From Plasmodiophora brassicae (taxonomy: Eukaryota), in assembly GCA_036867785.1 (NCBI GenBank), contig CP145413.1, forward strand, positions 1,302,001 through 1,366,000: 64,000 bases of DNA, read 5' to 3'. This document shows, piece after piece, positions 48,469 to 61,111 of the stretch. The notes under the pieces are model-generated. The model was not told the origin of the DNA. It made no database searches and saw only the letters and a program-made list of their open reading frames with translations. Made by a program: the position numbers and the translations under genes. Each line of letters begins with the position of its first letter. Position 1 is the stretch's first letter.

Positions 48469-49682
48469 ATGATGCTGATGATGAACGAATCGGTGCCGCC
48501 GGACATCCCGTTCGAGGGCGCCGAGAAACGCCTGGAGATCACGTTCGAGCCTGGCTCGACCGACCTTCTTGCCATCCCGCAGCAGACCTGGTCCGACATA
48601 CTTTCCCACGCCAATTGTGCTATCATGTAACGCGTTGTTGTTGCCAAGTCACGTTCAGCCTGAGCAGCATCCTGAACCATTGCCCCGCTCAGGAGCGTTA
48701 TGGATTCCCCGACCACGAGGGCGTTTGTCCTGTCGGAGAGCAGTCTGTTCGTGCGATCCAACCAAGTCGTCTTGAAGACGTGCGGCACGACGAGCTTGCT
48801 GTACGTAGTTCAGCCGATTCTTATTGCGGCGGGCACTCGCGCCGTCCTCATCAACATCCTGTTCACACGCGGACTAATTATGTCACCCGTAAGTCCACGC
48901 GAGGGAGCGCCTTCTGCATAGCGAGCTCCGCGCTCCCCATCGAGGAAGACGACGAATTAACGAGGACCCCGTGCATCTCCAGGCCCTGCAACCCAGCCCG
49001 CACAGATCGTTCGCTGAGGAAGTGGCCTTCCTTCAAATGGAGTTCGATGGGCAGCCCGTCGCGATCCACAACGAGTTCCACATGTGGGCAACGGCTCCGT
49101 CGTCCTGCTCGACGATGTTCGAGGTGGCCATGCGGGATCTGCCGAGAGATGTCATGGCGAAGTTCTACTACGACTTCAAGTACGTCTTGACCGCGCCTAT
49201 GGACCTGCGTTTCCAACATGACGACAGGGGCTGTGAGTCGTGGGTCCAGGACCTCGTTCCCGGCGCTCGCGTCGATAGCCAGTGGTTCGAGCCCTGCGGG
49301 TACAGTTGCAATGCGTTCGTCGGCAAGACCGACCGCCTGTTTACGATCCACATCACTCCGCAACCATCGTGCTCCTACGTTAGTTTCGAGAGTAACTTCG
49401 TTGATATGGACATGGTCGGTTCTCCTTCCGCTCTACCTGTCCGAATACTTACCAACGGACTAGATGGCACGCGTCATTCGGTTCTTCCGTCCTGGCAAGC
49501 TGACGATCGCTACGATCAATGGCCCTGGCATGATGTCGGTTGTCGCGGAGGGTTGTGATGGAGGGCATGACCCTGGGAGCCGCATCGAGGAGCCCGACGA
49601 CATCGACCTGGAAGGATACGCCTGCACGTTCGCGGCCCATCTGGCCCACGTCGATTTCCAGTCGTTCCACCTTTGCGTCTGA
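48469..49682 (+). CDS. AMD1: S-adenosylmethionine decarboxylase proenzyme (4 exons)
   Basis: FEGAEKRLEI, VLSESSLFV (E/S cleavage site), KTCGTT, PHRSFAEEV, FEPCGYSCN, TIHITPQ..SYVSFE. Confidence 0.92.
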
Positions 49683-49735
49683 CGGTGTCGCGTTGAACCC
49701 CGCCCGGCTCAATACATTGCCGGACGTGGGTTCGT

Positions 49736-51388
49736 TTATGAATGGGCGACATTCTCGACGTCGAACCGTCTCGAGACGAACGCGTACACGTCGTCGTCGA
49801 TGTTCCTCTGGTCCGGGACCTTGAGCTGCTCGTGGACGGCCGCCATGAGGTTGAACGCCGACTCCTCATGGACTCGATGGATCGTCCACTGCAGGCGCTC
49901 CTGGAATGTCGGCGACTTGTTGCGCTGCTTCCTACGATACCTGCGCGCCTCGCCATCAGCCAGGATGGCATGGGGTAGCACGCGCGACCTAGCCGGGTCG
50001 ACCTTTCGACGAACGTGACGACATTGTTACGCGCCGCGTACCGCGTGTGGAACGCGTCCGAGACGATGGAGATGGGGATGGCGAGCATGAGAATGCCGAC
50101 GAGGACGGCGATGGCGGCGACGAGCTTGCCCCAGCCGGTCACCGGCACGATGTCCCCGTAGCCCACCGTCGTCGACGTGATCACCGTGAAGTACAGCGAC
50201 GTCGGTATGCTGACGAAATCGCTGGGTAGGCCGCGGCAGGCCGGTCAGCAACGTTGTCGGGAGGGGGTAGGGCGCGACCACGCCCCAACACGTACCTGCC
50301 CGGGGCGTTCTCCGCCAGGTACATCATGCTGGCCAGGGTCAGCGTCGCGATCCCGAATATGAAGCCCATGATCGCCAGCGGCAGCCGGCTCTTCATCAGG
50401 ACGGCGGACAGCATGGGCACCCAGGCCAGGTGCCGCATCAGCTTGACGATTCGCAGGACGCGCAGCGACCGAAGGCAGACGAACGCGGTCGATTGCGTCA
50501 CCGACTGCAGCGCGATCTGACGTTCGGCCTGATCGTCAGCGCGTCTGGACGTCGCAGGCACCAGTGCGACCCATGGGTACCGAGTCCAGGCCCAGCTCGA
50601 CGTAGAACGGGACGATGACGATGAGGTCGATCATGTTCATCTTGGATTGGAAGATCTCGGCCGGCGTGCGGCAGGTGACCGCGTGCAGGCCCAGCTCGAA
50701 CGTGAACATGGCCGTGCAGGCCAGCTCCATCCAGAAGTACCACGCCGGCGACGTGGCAACGTTCGCCATCGACCCGACGCACGCCGACACCACCGACACG
50801 ACGCTGCGCGCGCCACCACACGCTCAGCGGGGGCGGGTGCGCCACGCGCGATCGTCTGCGCGCTTACATGACCGCCATGGACACATAGGTGAAGCAGAGC
50901 GCGTAGATCGACGACCCGGCGTTGTTGGTGGCGTTCCAGATCCAGACGCGCACGCCCGGCAGCGTCACGTACTGCTGCGTGCGCTCCAGGGCGCGTTGCG
51001 CCGAGATGCGCGCCATCAGCGCCGGCATCAACTCCGGGTGCTGCTGCTGCTGCTGCTGGTGGTGGTGCGGCGCACGCACCTGGTGCCGGCGCTCGCACCG
51101 GTCCGCGTAGTCGTGCGCGATCCGCCGCCACGTCTGGCGGATCTCCAGCGGCGACCGCGCCTTGCGCCCCATGGACGCCGGCCTGGTCAGCGCCGGGCGC
51201 ACGCTCGCACCCGCACCCGAGCTCATCGACCCGGACAACCGCTGCCGCTGCATGCCCGGCGTCTCCCCGACCGTCTTCGCATGGCCCAGCACCGGGCGCT
51301 CGTCGCCCTCATCGGCGTGCTCGGGCACGGGTGCGAAGGACAGCGGGCGGTGCGGTTTGACGAGCACCACGTGCTCCTGCCGAGGCAT
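49736..51388 (-). CDS. Voltage-gated potassium channel (6TM, Kv-like); start uncertain
   Basis: NMIDLIVIVPFY (S3), LRSLRVLRIVKLMRH (S4), TSTTVGYGDIVP pore, ILMLAIPISIV (S6); His/Gln-rich N-terminus. Confidence 0.9.
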
Positions 51389-51495
51389 CCCGTCGACGAT
51401 GTCCTGCCTGGTGGTACCCTGAATAGATTCGGCCGCGATCGAATCTTCCGGCGCAGGCGTGGTTGGACAGTGGAATCATATCGCTCGTCGTGGCC

Positions 51496-53399
51496 ATGCG
51501 CCAACGCTATCGGCGGCGATCGCCCTGCCTGCTGCTGGCGACGTTCGCGTCCGTCTGCGTGACGGCGACGTTGTCGCTGCCGCCGCTGTGCACGTTCCTG
51601 GGCAATGCGCTGTCCACGGGCGTCGTGCTCGGCACCGTCCAGACGATCCTGAGCCCGCCGGCCAACCTGTCGGCCCTGCTGCCGTCCATCTGCCGACTGT
51701 GCCCCTACATCAACGCGACCGGCGTCGTCGTCCAGCTGGACGCCATCACCTATTTCAACGTCGCCCGCCTACAGCTGACGGCGAACGCGCTGACCAACCA
51801 GCCGTTCGCCTGCCTGACCGCGCTCCGAGGCATCGACCTGTCCGGGAACGGCATGGCGACGGGGCCGCCGCCCGACCTGTTCCGGGCGTTGCCGGCGCTG
51901 ACGACGATCCTGCTGACCGACAACCAGATCGGCACGCTGGACCCGAGTACGTTCACGGCGCTGTCGTCGCTGACCACTCTGTAATGGCGAATGCGCGCCC
52001 ACCCGTCGAGCGCGCTCACCAACGGACGCAGGTACCTGAATCGGAACGCGCTGGCGACGCTGCCGTCTGGACTGTTCCAAGCGAACACGGCCCTGAAAAC
52101 GCTGTAAGCGACGCGCGTTCGGCGCGTTGTGTACGAAGGCACGCGTGACGAATGTATGGCCAGCATCCTGGATGAGAACCCGTTGCTGTCGTGGCTGCCG
52201 CCTGCTTTGTTCAACCCGGCGCACCCGCTGTCCTTCATGTCGGGCGCCACTGTCCCTCCCACACACACACACACGTGCTGTGCCCTGAATTCGCATGCCT
52301 AGATCGTTCGCGCTGACGCCGTCGTTGACGTGCTTCCCGGCGGTGCCGTCGTCGACGCAGCTGTGGTCGGGAGGCGCACCCGTCCCACGATGTTCTCCGT
52401 TGGCCAACTTCCACGACATGTACTCGGGCAACGCCTCGTAGGTTCCCATGGGGCGCGGTCCCTGTGTTTGCCCCCCGATCTGACCCAGCACGAAGGGTGC
52501 CGGCGGTCAGCGTTACGATCACGATGAACAACGTGTACATGGCGCCCGTCAGCGAGTTCGTCGCCGACCTGGTGATCGCGACGCGGATCGATAGTGCCCG
52601 GGTCGTGAACGTCGCCGCTAGCACCGTGTCCGGCACGACCGAAGTCACGTTCCAGGTCCTGCCGCGTACCCGGCAGGGGCAGGTCCTCAGCGACGACGTG
52701 GGCCGCATCATCACCAGCACGCTGCTGAACGAGAACAGCGCTGTGCTGACCGGCGACGCTCAGCTGACCGGCATCCTCGACCAGCTGTCCACCGTCAGGA
52801 CCGTCCCGAACGTCAACGTGACGTTCTGCCCCGACCGGAGCGCGTTCCTGTCGGTCTGCCCCGCACCGACGTCGCCGCCGCTGATCACGCTGGCGTTCGT
52901 CCTGAACGTGTCCATGGTGCTGGGCGCGTTCCTGGGCGGGATGGTGCCCGGCGCCTGCTGCATAGGGCTGCTGTCACGCCGATGGAGGCGAAGGCGGCCG
53001 CCGACCGACGCCCAGTGGTCGCGCCCGGTCCCGTACGGGACGCAGACCGGGCCATCGTCGGCGGCCTCGTCGGTGAACAACAACAACAACAACAACAACG
53101 TGCCGTCGATGAAGGCGCTGCGGGCGGGGATGTCGTCCCCGCCGCCGATGGCGCACGTGACGTCGTCGTTCCGGCAACCGGATCAGGTGCACCGGGAGTC
53201 GGCGCCCGTCGTCCGGATGGAGAGGAAGAGGGCGGCGGCGGCGGTGGCGGCGACGGGCCGGTCGAAGAGCAGCAGCGCGCAGGCGGCCAGGTCGGCGTCG
53301 GCTGTCGGATCCAGCAGGGCGGCCAAGAAATGGGACGCCGAGCGCCTTGCGAACCCGTGGATCGCCAAGGACATGGACGCCAGCGACTTTGAGATCTAA
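51496..53399 (+). CDS. Leucine-rich-repeat single-pass membrane (receptor-like) protein
   Basis: Signal-like N-terminus; LRRs LRGIDLSGN, LTTILLTDNQI, YLNRNALATLPSGLF in short exons; TM VLGAFLGGMVPGACCIGLL followed by an Arg cluster; poly-Asn in the tail. Confidence 0.75.
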
Positions 53400-53683
53400 C
53401 GCCGCGCGACACGTTGTAGGCCACCATATAGTACATACAGGCCCACACTGTTCGGTGCAAGCACTGTGCCACACACGCCTCGTGTACCATCAGGAGCGGA
53501 GCTGGGGGCGTGGCCGGGCGGCGGTCTGTCTGCGCTGATGGGGGGCGGAACAATGTCCTCAAGTACGACCTACGTTCGAGCGCCTACGGTACTACAATAA
53601 GATGGGTCGGGCAGGCGTACCGTACGCGCGATCGGTCCCCCGACCTTCGTCGTAGGTTGCCCCGTCGACGATCGATCAATTCG

Positions 53684-55221
53684 ATGGCATTGTTGGCCGT
53701 CGTGTTGGCGGGTTTGATTCTCCGCTGTACACGCGTCGACTGCTCGTTCGCGTTCCCGTCGACGTCATCAGGCAGCGGGGCGCTGGCTGGACTGGACCTG
53801 TACGCCCCACCGGTGACGTCGTTCCTCGGGCCGCAACCGGGGGACCCGGGCGGCACGGCCAGAAGCGGCCCTGTTGTGCTCTTCAACGGCGACATGTGCA
53901 GACCGACGACACTGGACGTCCCGGGCGGCGTCGTCTTCGTTTCGGCTGATGCGTTCTCGAACGCGGGCTGCCCCTTCGAGACCCGGTACTTGGCCATGTA
54001 CGCTAGCGGTGCTGTCGCCGTTATTTGTAGGGATCCACGCTGCCGTTGGTGTTGGCCATGGGTCTGACCCTCGCCAACACAGTGCCCGTTGTTGACGTGG
54101 TCCCGTCTGTCGACCTGTACAGCAATGACGGGACCCGCGGTGCCCACACTCGTCATCTTCCGATGCTGTTCCTGCAGATCGGTCCCAGCAGTGAGCTGTA
54201 CAGCGCTCTCGTCGCTGAGGCGCCTGGGAAGAACGTCACCGTCTACCCGGACGTCAACGTCTGGCAGGCCACGTTCGCATCCTGGTACTACCAGCTATTC
54301 GTTCGCGTTCTGCCCAGCCTGGTCCTGGTCGCATCGGGCGTGACCGCCCTCGTATACTGTGTGTCGCATGCGCGCGTCATCTGCGACAATTACGACGACA
54401 GCCGTATCGCAATGGAGCCGCGTTCGTTGACGAGCCGGGTGGCGTTTGCTCGACGGTCATTGCGTCTGCCGCATGCCGTCCTGGTCATCGAGGTGATTAC
54501 GGCCACGCTGTCAGGCATAGTGCTGGCCGTCGGCGGTTATTACAGTACGCCGAACCTGCCCCTCCCGGTCGTAGAATACTTCATCACGCTGCTCAGCGGG
54601 TGGAGCTTCACGTCGTCGCTGCTATCGTCGTCGGTCTGGATTCGGCATCTGTCGCGCGTGGTCGATTCGAACGCGCTTCTGACTCGCGTCCTGAGAGGCG
54701 ACCATCCCGCCGTATTCGTCGCACTCGCCGTCTTTCCGGTCGCACTGGACACCGCTGTCAGCATTATGTTCTCGGCGTACATCAACGCGCCTATCGTCAC
54801 GACAATCACGTCGGGTATCGTGTTCCTGCTCCAGCTCACCGTCAGCCTTCATGTCCTATGGGGCGTCTTCCGATACTATTGGACGGTTCGCCGGACCACG
54901 AACGCTGTAGGCGGTGCCAAAGACATGGACGCGTTCCTGGTGCGGCTGAGTCGATGCGCCCTGGGCATGTCTCTGTCGATGATCCTGTTCTGTACCGGGA
55001 CCGCCCTGATGGGGATCGCGGTCTCGTTCGTGTACAGTCCACCGGGGTTCACAGTATGCTTTACGTTGGCCTACACTGGGCGGGCACTGGACAGCGCCTT
55101 CAGGGTTGCCATGTTCAGACCAAGGCCCACTCGACCCCGGGACGCCGTCAACGACCGGCACCAACGCATTTGCGTCCAAACTCCAGAGCCATTGAACGCA
55201 CTGAACCCAGAAGACAAGTGA
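53684..55221 (+). CDS. PA-like domain + 7TM receptor-like protein, copy D (exons 53684-54026, 54083-55221)
   Basis: Same phase-1 intron (56 nt); GCPFETRY..GAVAVI; GRALDSAFRVAMF. Confidence 0.8.
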
Positions 55222-55645
55222 TCAAATACGCAGTCCAACCAGAACGAGGGCGTGCCAGGATCGACGTTTATGCAGTGACTCCCTCACCGCCATACCATTC
55301 GACGCCGTAGGAGACCGGCATCGTTTGCAATGGGACCGGGCAACGTCGTTGGTACGCTGCCCTGGCGCTTAACTACCGAGGTCGACCCAGGCGCAGGCCT
55401 ATGAGGGGTAGCAACGTGTCATAACGTACCCGCTTTCACGTACGCGTTCTGAGCACTGTTTCCGGGCGGATGGGCTGTGGCGGTTGGGTCACTCCAACAA
55501 GAAAAGCTGGTGGAAGCTGACGCGGTAACCCCCATGATACCGTATGAGCCATGGAGGGACAGCGCCGAAGACCAATCCTAAGCGTACGGCTAATTGGCGG
55601 GTCGATTCCTCTACGTATTCGTTGAACGGGGTGGTCCGCCCTGCC

Positions 55646-57156
55646 ATGATGATCTATAAGTCGTTCCCAGTGCTGGGAATGATGGCATGTTTGGCTTTCG
55701 CCTTCGCAGGTGTGAACAGTTCGCTGGTGTTCCCATCGTCATCGCCAAGCACCACGCTTGCTGGATTGGCCATGTACGCAACTCCAGTGACGTCGTTTAC
55801 TGGACCTCAGCCCGGAGACGCCGACAACGCCAGAACTGGCCCAGTCGTCGTCTTCACAGGGGACATGTGCAAACCGACCACTCTTCACGTTCCCGGAAGC
55901 GTCCTTATCGTTTCAGTCGATGCTGTGTCAAACGCGGGGTGCACCTTCGAGACACGATACCTGACGATGTACGCCACTGGGGCTGTGGCCACCTTGTGTA
56001 AGCCTCCGCTCCGATGTCGACTGAACCCATGGTGATGATTCCGTTACCAGGCCCAGTTGTGGACGTGGTCCCATCCGTCGACTTGTACAGTAACGATGGA
56101 TCCCAAGGTGCACGTACTCGTCAACTTCCGATGCTTTTCCTGCAGATCGGCCCCAGCAGTGATCTGTACAGCACCCTCATCAACGATGCTGCCGGGCTGA
56201 ACGTCACCGTCTACCCAGATGTCAACGTCTGGCAGGTCGCACTTGCATCATGGTATTATCAACTGTTTATTCGCGCCCTACCAAGTGTGGTCATGATTGC
56301 CTCCGGTGTGACGGCCACCGTGTACTTCGTCTTGCATATGCGCATTATCGACGAGGAGTATGAAGGTGCCGTCGCACTGGAAAGGCGCTCTTTGTCGAGG
56401 TGGATCGTGTTCGCTCGGCGGTATGTCGGTCTGCCACATGCAATCCTGACCATCGAGATGATCACGACCACTCTGACTGGTATTGTGCTGGCAATCGATG
56501 GGCACTTCAGCACGCCCAACCTTCCGTACCCTGTCGTTCAATACTTCATCACTGTGCTTAGTGGGTGGAGTTTCTTATCGTCTCTGTTATCGGCATCGGT
56601 GTGGGTACGACATCTGTCGCGTGTCGTCGAGTCGAAAACATTGCTGTCGAGGGTGCTGATAGGGGACCATCCCGTCGTATTCGCCATGCTGGCCATCATC
56701 CCAGTCGCCATAGACACAGTTGTCAGCGTAATGTTTTCTGTGAACTACGATGCGCCCGCGGTCACGACAATCGCATCGGGTATCTTGTTCCTGCTCCAGC
56801 TCACCGTCGGCCTGCACGTCCTCAATGGTGTGGTTCGGTACTTTTGGACTATTCGCGAAACAACGCGAGCTTTGGGAACGGCAAGAGGAATGGATGCGGT
56901 TCTGATGCGACTAGGCCGTTGCGCTTTCGGCATGTCGCTGTCGATGATCCTGGTGTGCACTGGAACCGCGCTCATGGCTGTGTCGCCCACGTTCCTGTAT
57001 AGCCCGCCAGGTTGGATCGTGTGCTTCTCGCTGGCCTACAACGGGCGGGCACTAGACAGCGCTTTCAGGGTTGCAATGTTCAAACCACGACCCACCCGAT
57101 CGCGAGCTGTCACCGATCTGCACAAGGGCAGATGTGTACAGATCACCAACCACTGA
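55646..57156 (+). CDS. PA-like domain + 7TM receptor-like protein, copy E (exons 55646-55997, 56051-57156)
   Basis: Same intron (53 nt); GCTFETRY..GAVATL. Confidence 0.8.
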
Positions 57157-57699
57157 CCCTTGGCACGACAACGGCAAACACCACGTGCACATACGTTCGT
57201 GTCGACTATTCTACATCTAGCTGTGTCTCCCCTGTACCTACATCCTTACTGAAACGCTTCGTCATAGCCATTGAGCGCCACCGTTCTCTTGATTTGCAGA
57301 TGTTTCTAGTGCCGGCGTACCGTTTGGTACTATTTGCCAATGGCCTACCTGCATGCTGCAATCCAGACATCTGCACTAAACCATGCGACAACAGCACACT
57401 CTTCTTCAAGAGGCTCGGCGTGAGGGTATCTACCTTCGATCGCTGGCCAAGCAGCTGTGCGCCCTGGGCATGTCTTGTATACTGTCGTCAACGTTTCTAT
57501 GCAACCCGTCGTGGTGGGTTTAAGTTATTAACCTCAATCTCTAACTGGTAGCTTTGTAAGGTAGCGACTCCTTTTCTGCCTATATGTATAGCATTGACAG
57601 ATCGATGGTACGTACGTACGTGCCTCCTACGGTAATTTGCTTAATTGATTCCCCCGCTGGACACTCTCATCCTACTCGTAGACGGCCAGTGCGGTGGCA

Positions 57700-59197
57700 A
57701 TGCTAGGCGTAGTAGCATGTATGGCATTAAGCGCTGCAGTCGTGGACAGCTCGCTGACGTTCCCATCGGCGCCGCCTGGCGGCCCCCTTGCCGGTTTGAA
57801 CTCGTACGTAACGCCAATGACGAAATTCGTTGGCCCGCAGGCCGGGGATATCAACACAACGCGAAGCGGCCCCATCGAGCTCTTTTCAGGCGACATGTGC
57901 ATACCAGCGGCAATGCATTGTTCAGGGTGTGTCATTGTCGCCACGACGGACGCCATCCTTGGGGCAGCGTGTTCCTTCGAGGCGCAGTACCTGACTATGT
58001 ACGCCACCGGTGCGGCTGCTGTTATCTGTGAGCGTCTCCGTTACGGTATGCTGTCCACTGTAAATCTGATCATTCGCTGCCAGTGCCATACATTGATGAG
58101 GTCCCGTCTGTCGACATGAATAACAACGATGGATCGCGCGGGGCCCAAACCCGGCACCTGCCAATGCTGTTCCTGCGATTCGGACCCAGCCACGACTTGT
58201 ATAACACGCTCATCACTGTTGGGCCTGGGCAGAACGCCACCGTCTCCCCCGACGTCAACGTCTGGGAGGCCACGTTTGTAACATGGTACTACCAGCTGCT
58301 CCTCCAGATACTGCCAAGTGCAGTCCTGATTGCATCGGGGGTGACGGCTACTGTGTACTTTGCCTTGCACATCCGCGTTATGGACGGCGAGTACCGAAGG
58401 AATGTTCCAGAGGTACGTCGTTCAGTAATGAGATGGGCTAACTATATTCGGAAATCGATGGGGCTGCCACACGCTGTCCTTGCCATCGACCTGATCACTG
58501 ACACCATGTGCGGTGTGGTACTGGGCATCGCTGGGTACGTGAACACACCGAACGTCGCCTACCCGTTTGACGCGTATTTCGTAACCCTCCTGAGTGGTTG
58601 GTCCTTGGCATCGTCGATCTTATCATCGGCGGTGTGGATTCGTCATCTGTCCAAGATCATCGAATCAAAGGCGCTGCTGACTCGCATCCTTCGAGGCGAC
58701 TACCCCATTGTCTTCTTTCTTCTCGTAACCGTCCCCATTGCACTGGATACTTGGTTCAATGCCATCATTTCGACGTATCACAACGCGCCCCTGCTCGGCG
58801 CGCTCGCTGGGGCGGTCATATTTCTGCTTCAGTTGATTGTTGGTCTTCACGTTCTGGTTGGCGTTAAGAATTATTATGGGGTTGTGCACGGTCTTCAACA
58901 ACAAATTCCCACAAGGCTGGGAGTGACCAGGGGATGAATGCCTTGCTTGCCCGGCTGAGTAGGTGCGTCCTGGGTATGGCTCTGTCCATGATCCTCGTCT
59001 GCATTGGGACAGCGCTGATGACTCTATCGTCGACGTCACTGTACAGTCCAACGCGATGGACAATCTGCTTCTCGTTGTTCATCAACGGACGTGCGCTGGA
59101 CAGCGCGTTTCGGGTTCCCATGTTCAAACCGCGTGCCACATGGTCTCGAACTGTCAGCACAGTTGTGCCCCAATTACCAACCCCACAGACTCACTGA
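57700..59197 (+). pseudogene. PA-like 7TM copy F with a 1-bp frameshift at G-run 58930-58933 (pseudogene or sequencing error)
   Basis: Exons 57700-58027 and 58084 onward. ACC AGG GGA TGA stops the frame; one extra G restores RGMNALLARLSRC as in the paralogs. Confidence 0.7.
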
Positions 59198-59569
59198 AAT
59201 ACGGAACCGAATGATCCGCTATACTCTGTATCCAATGAAAATGAAATAAAGTTCTCCTGAGCATCTTCAGTTTTATTAATATGTAGGTTCCGCACAACCA
59301 TGCTACCGCATCAGCGTTCAGCTAGATGTTTGTAGATGCAGATCCACTTCACGACAGTATGGTATAGCTGCGCATTTGGGAACAGATCGAGGCGTGAACA
59401 GAAATGTATTTGGACCGTCATTATAATTTCGTATACATAGCTTGAGAAGGGAATTACCGATCTGCCAATGGAAAATCTGACAGTACAGATCACGCCTGAG
59501 CTTCTTGAGTAATGACTAATGGGTTGGCCTCCTCAGTAAGCGACCAGATACGAAAAGCGCGCCGGACTT

Positions 59570-60720
59570 GCGGTGACCTGCTGGGTGCAGCTGCGTGCCA
59601 ACCGATGTGGAGAGGCGCGCCCCCCAGCGGCAGAGAAGCGGATCAGTGTCACCGCCGGGTGGGCCATCGGCAAAACCAGGTCCTGGGAAATTGCCGATGA
59701 AGATGAACTTGTCACTGACGACGTCGGCGACCGCTATGCTCGCTGGGTGCAAGGTGTGCTTGCTCGGCTCGACCAAACGCTGAAGGCAGACTGAGTGTCT
59801 TACTCACGGGAACAGCTCGTGGCCACCCTGATGATGCGGGCTCTGCCATTGCTCGTCCGATATGCCAACAGCAGCATGCCTGAGAATATCGCCCACACGA
59901 CTGTTGAGGAGTTCGGAGTTCGTGAGATTCATCGGTACCACTCTCTGCCTATCAGGAATCAATTTATCGCCAGACAAGGCCTTTAAGGTTCTTGTTCACG
60001 ACCTAAAGATCCAGGTTATGGACCGTAGCCGTTACCTCGAGATTCTCAGCTCCATCCATGGGTACGCGCAAGTCGGTCGAACCGGCTCATGGGACGCAGG
60101 CTGGAATACGACAGAGGTCACACATCAATTTCAATCCATGCTCGACAAGCTGTTTGAAGAGTCACGCCACGTCTTTGTCGACCTGCATAACAGTTGGTTG
60201 GTGATTGACGACGAGGTAAGCTCTCGAAGCATTCGACAACCTTGTTGTTTCGTCGGAACGGTGACTCTGAGCTGAACGGGTGGCAGTTCAGCAAGTGTTC
60301 TGGCATTATGAGTGCCACGGTAGAGCTTAACGCCCCCGCAGTTGCGACGCAAGCACCACCCTCGAGAAAGTGTCAGTGACAACGCCGACGATCTGACATG
60401 ACCTTCCTTTCCAAAGCTATCTACCGTGGCACTCATAATGCCAGAACACTTGCTGAACTGCCACCCGTTCTGCTCAGAGTCATTGTTCCAACGAAACAAC
60501 AAGGTTGTCGAATGCTTCGAGAGCGTAGACTGCGGTGGCGAACATCGGGATCCTTTCTCTGCCGGGGTTCTCGATCTGGATCGGACGGAACCTGACGTGG
60601 TGTTTGACGATGATGACAACCTGAACAATGGATCGGATTCTGATGGCCCAGCACATGTTGGTACCATTGATGAGATGGTGCAACAACCGCGTCATGAGGA
60701 GCGTCCGAATCATGCATGCC
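59570..60720 (+). mobile_element. Degenerate transposase relic, possibly piggyBac-like (limits uncertain)
   Basis: Broken frames with MDRSRYLEILSSI..WLVIDDE, resembling the M..RF..I / S(V/I)DE region of piggyBac-type transposases. Stops and frameshifts; no TIR found. Confidence 0.35.
60220..60524. repeat. 105-bp inverted duplication (arms 60220-60324, 60420-60524; 95-nt loop)
   Basis: The arms are reverse complements with 4 mismatches. Confidence 0.92.
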
Positions 60721-61111
60721 GCCTTCGAAATTCCCGATTCACCACTACTCGGACCGGATGCTTGGTCGGCACATCTGGACGTCGAAGCAGATGGCAAGAG
60801 CAAAGCACGAACCTTCCATTCCGATATCATCAGAAGCCTTGGGGATGATGACCGCCGCGGAAACGTGGAGTGGAGATGGCACTGCTCACGTTTGCAACAT
60901 GGAACCCGCCAGAGAGCCGATCCGGAAGTGCGCGTTCCCGAGGCCTGAGAGTGCTCGGCCGCTCGCACAAGGTAGCCCGGTTGACGCTGTCTGTGACGAG
61001 CCGTTCGCGTTGCCGGATTGCCGAGCGCCGCCGACTCTGTGACAGGACGGGACCTGCTTGCGGATTGCCGCGCCGGGCTCTGTGGCAGGATGGGGACATC
61101 GCAAGGTTAAC

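Noticed and set aside
53076-53100. (AAC)n, (CTG)n and (CA)n microsatellites
   Set aside because: Ordinary short repeats in low-complexity coding or intron sequence.
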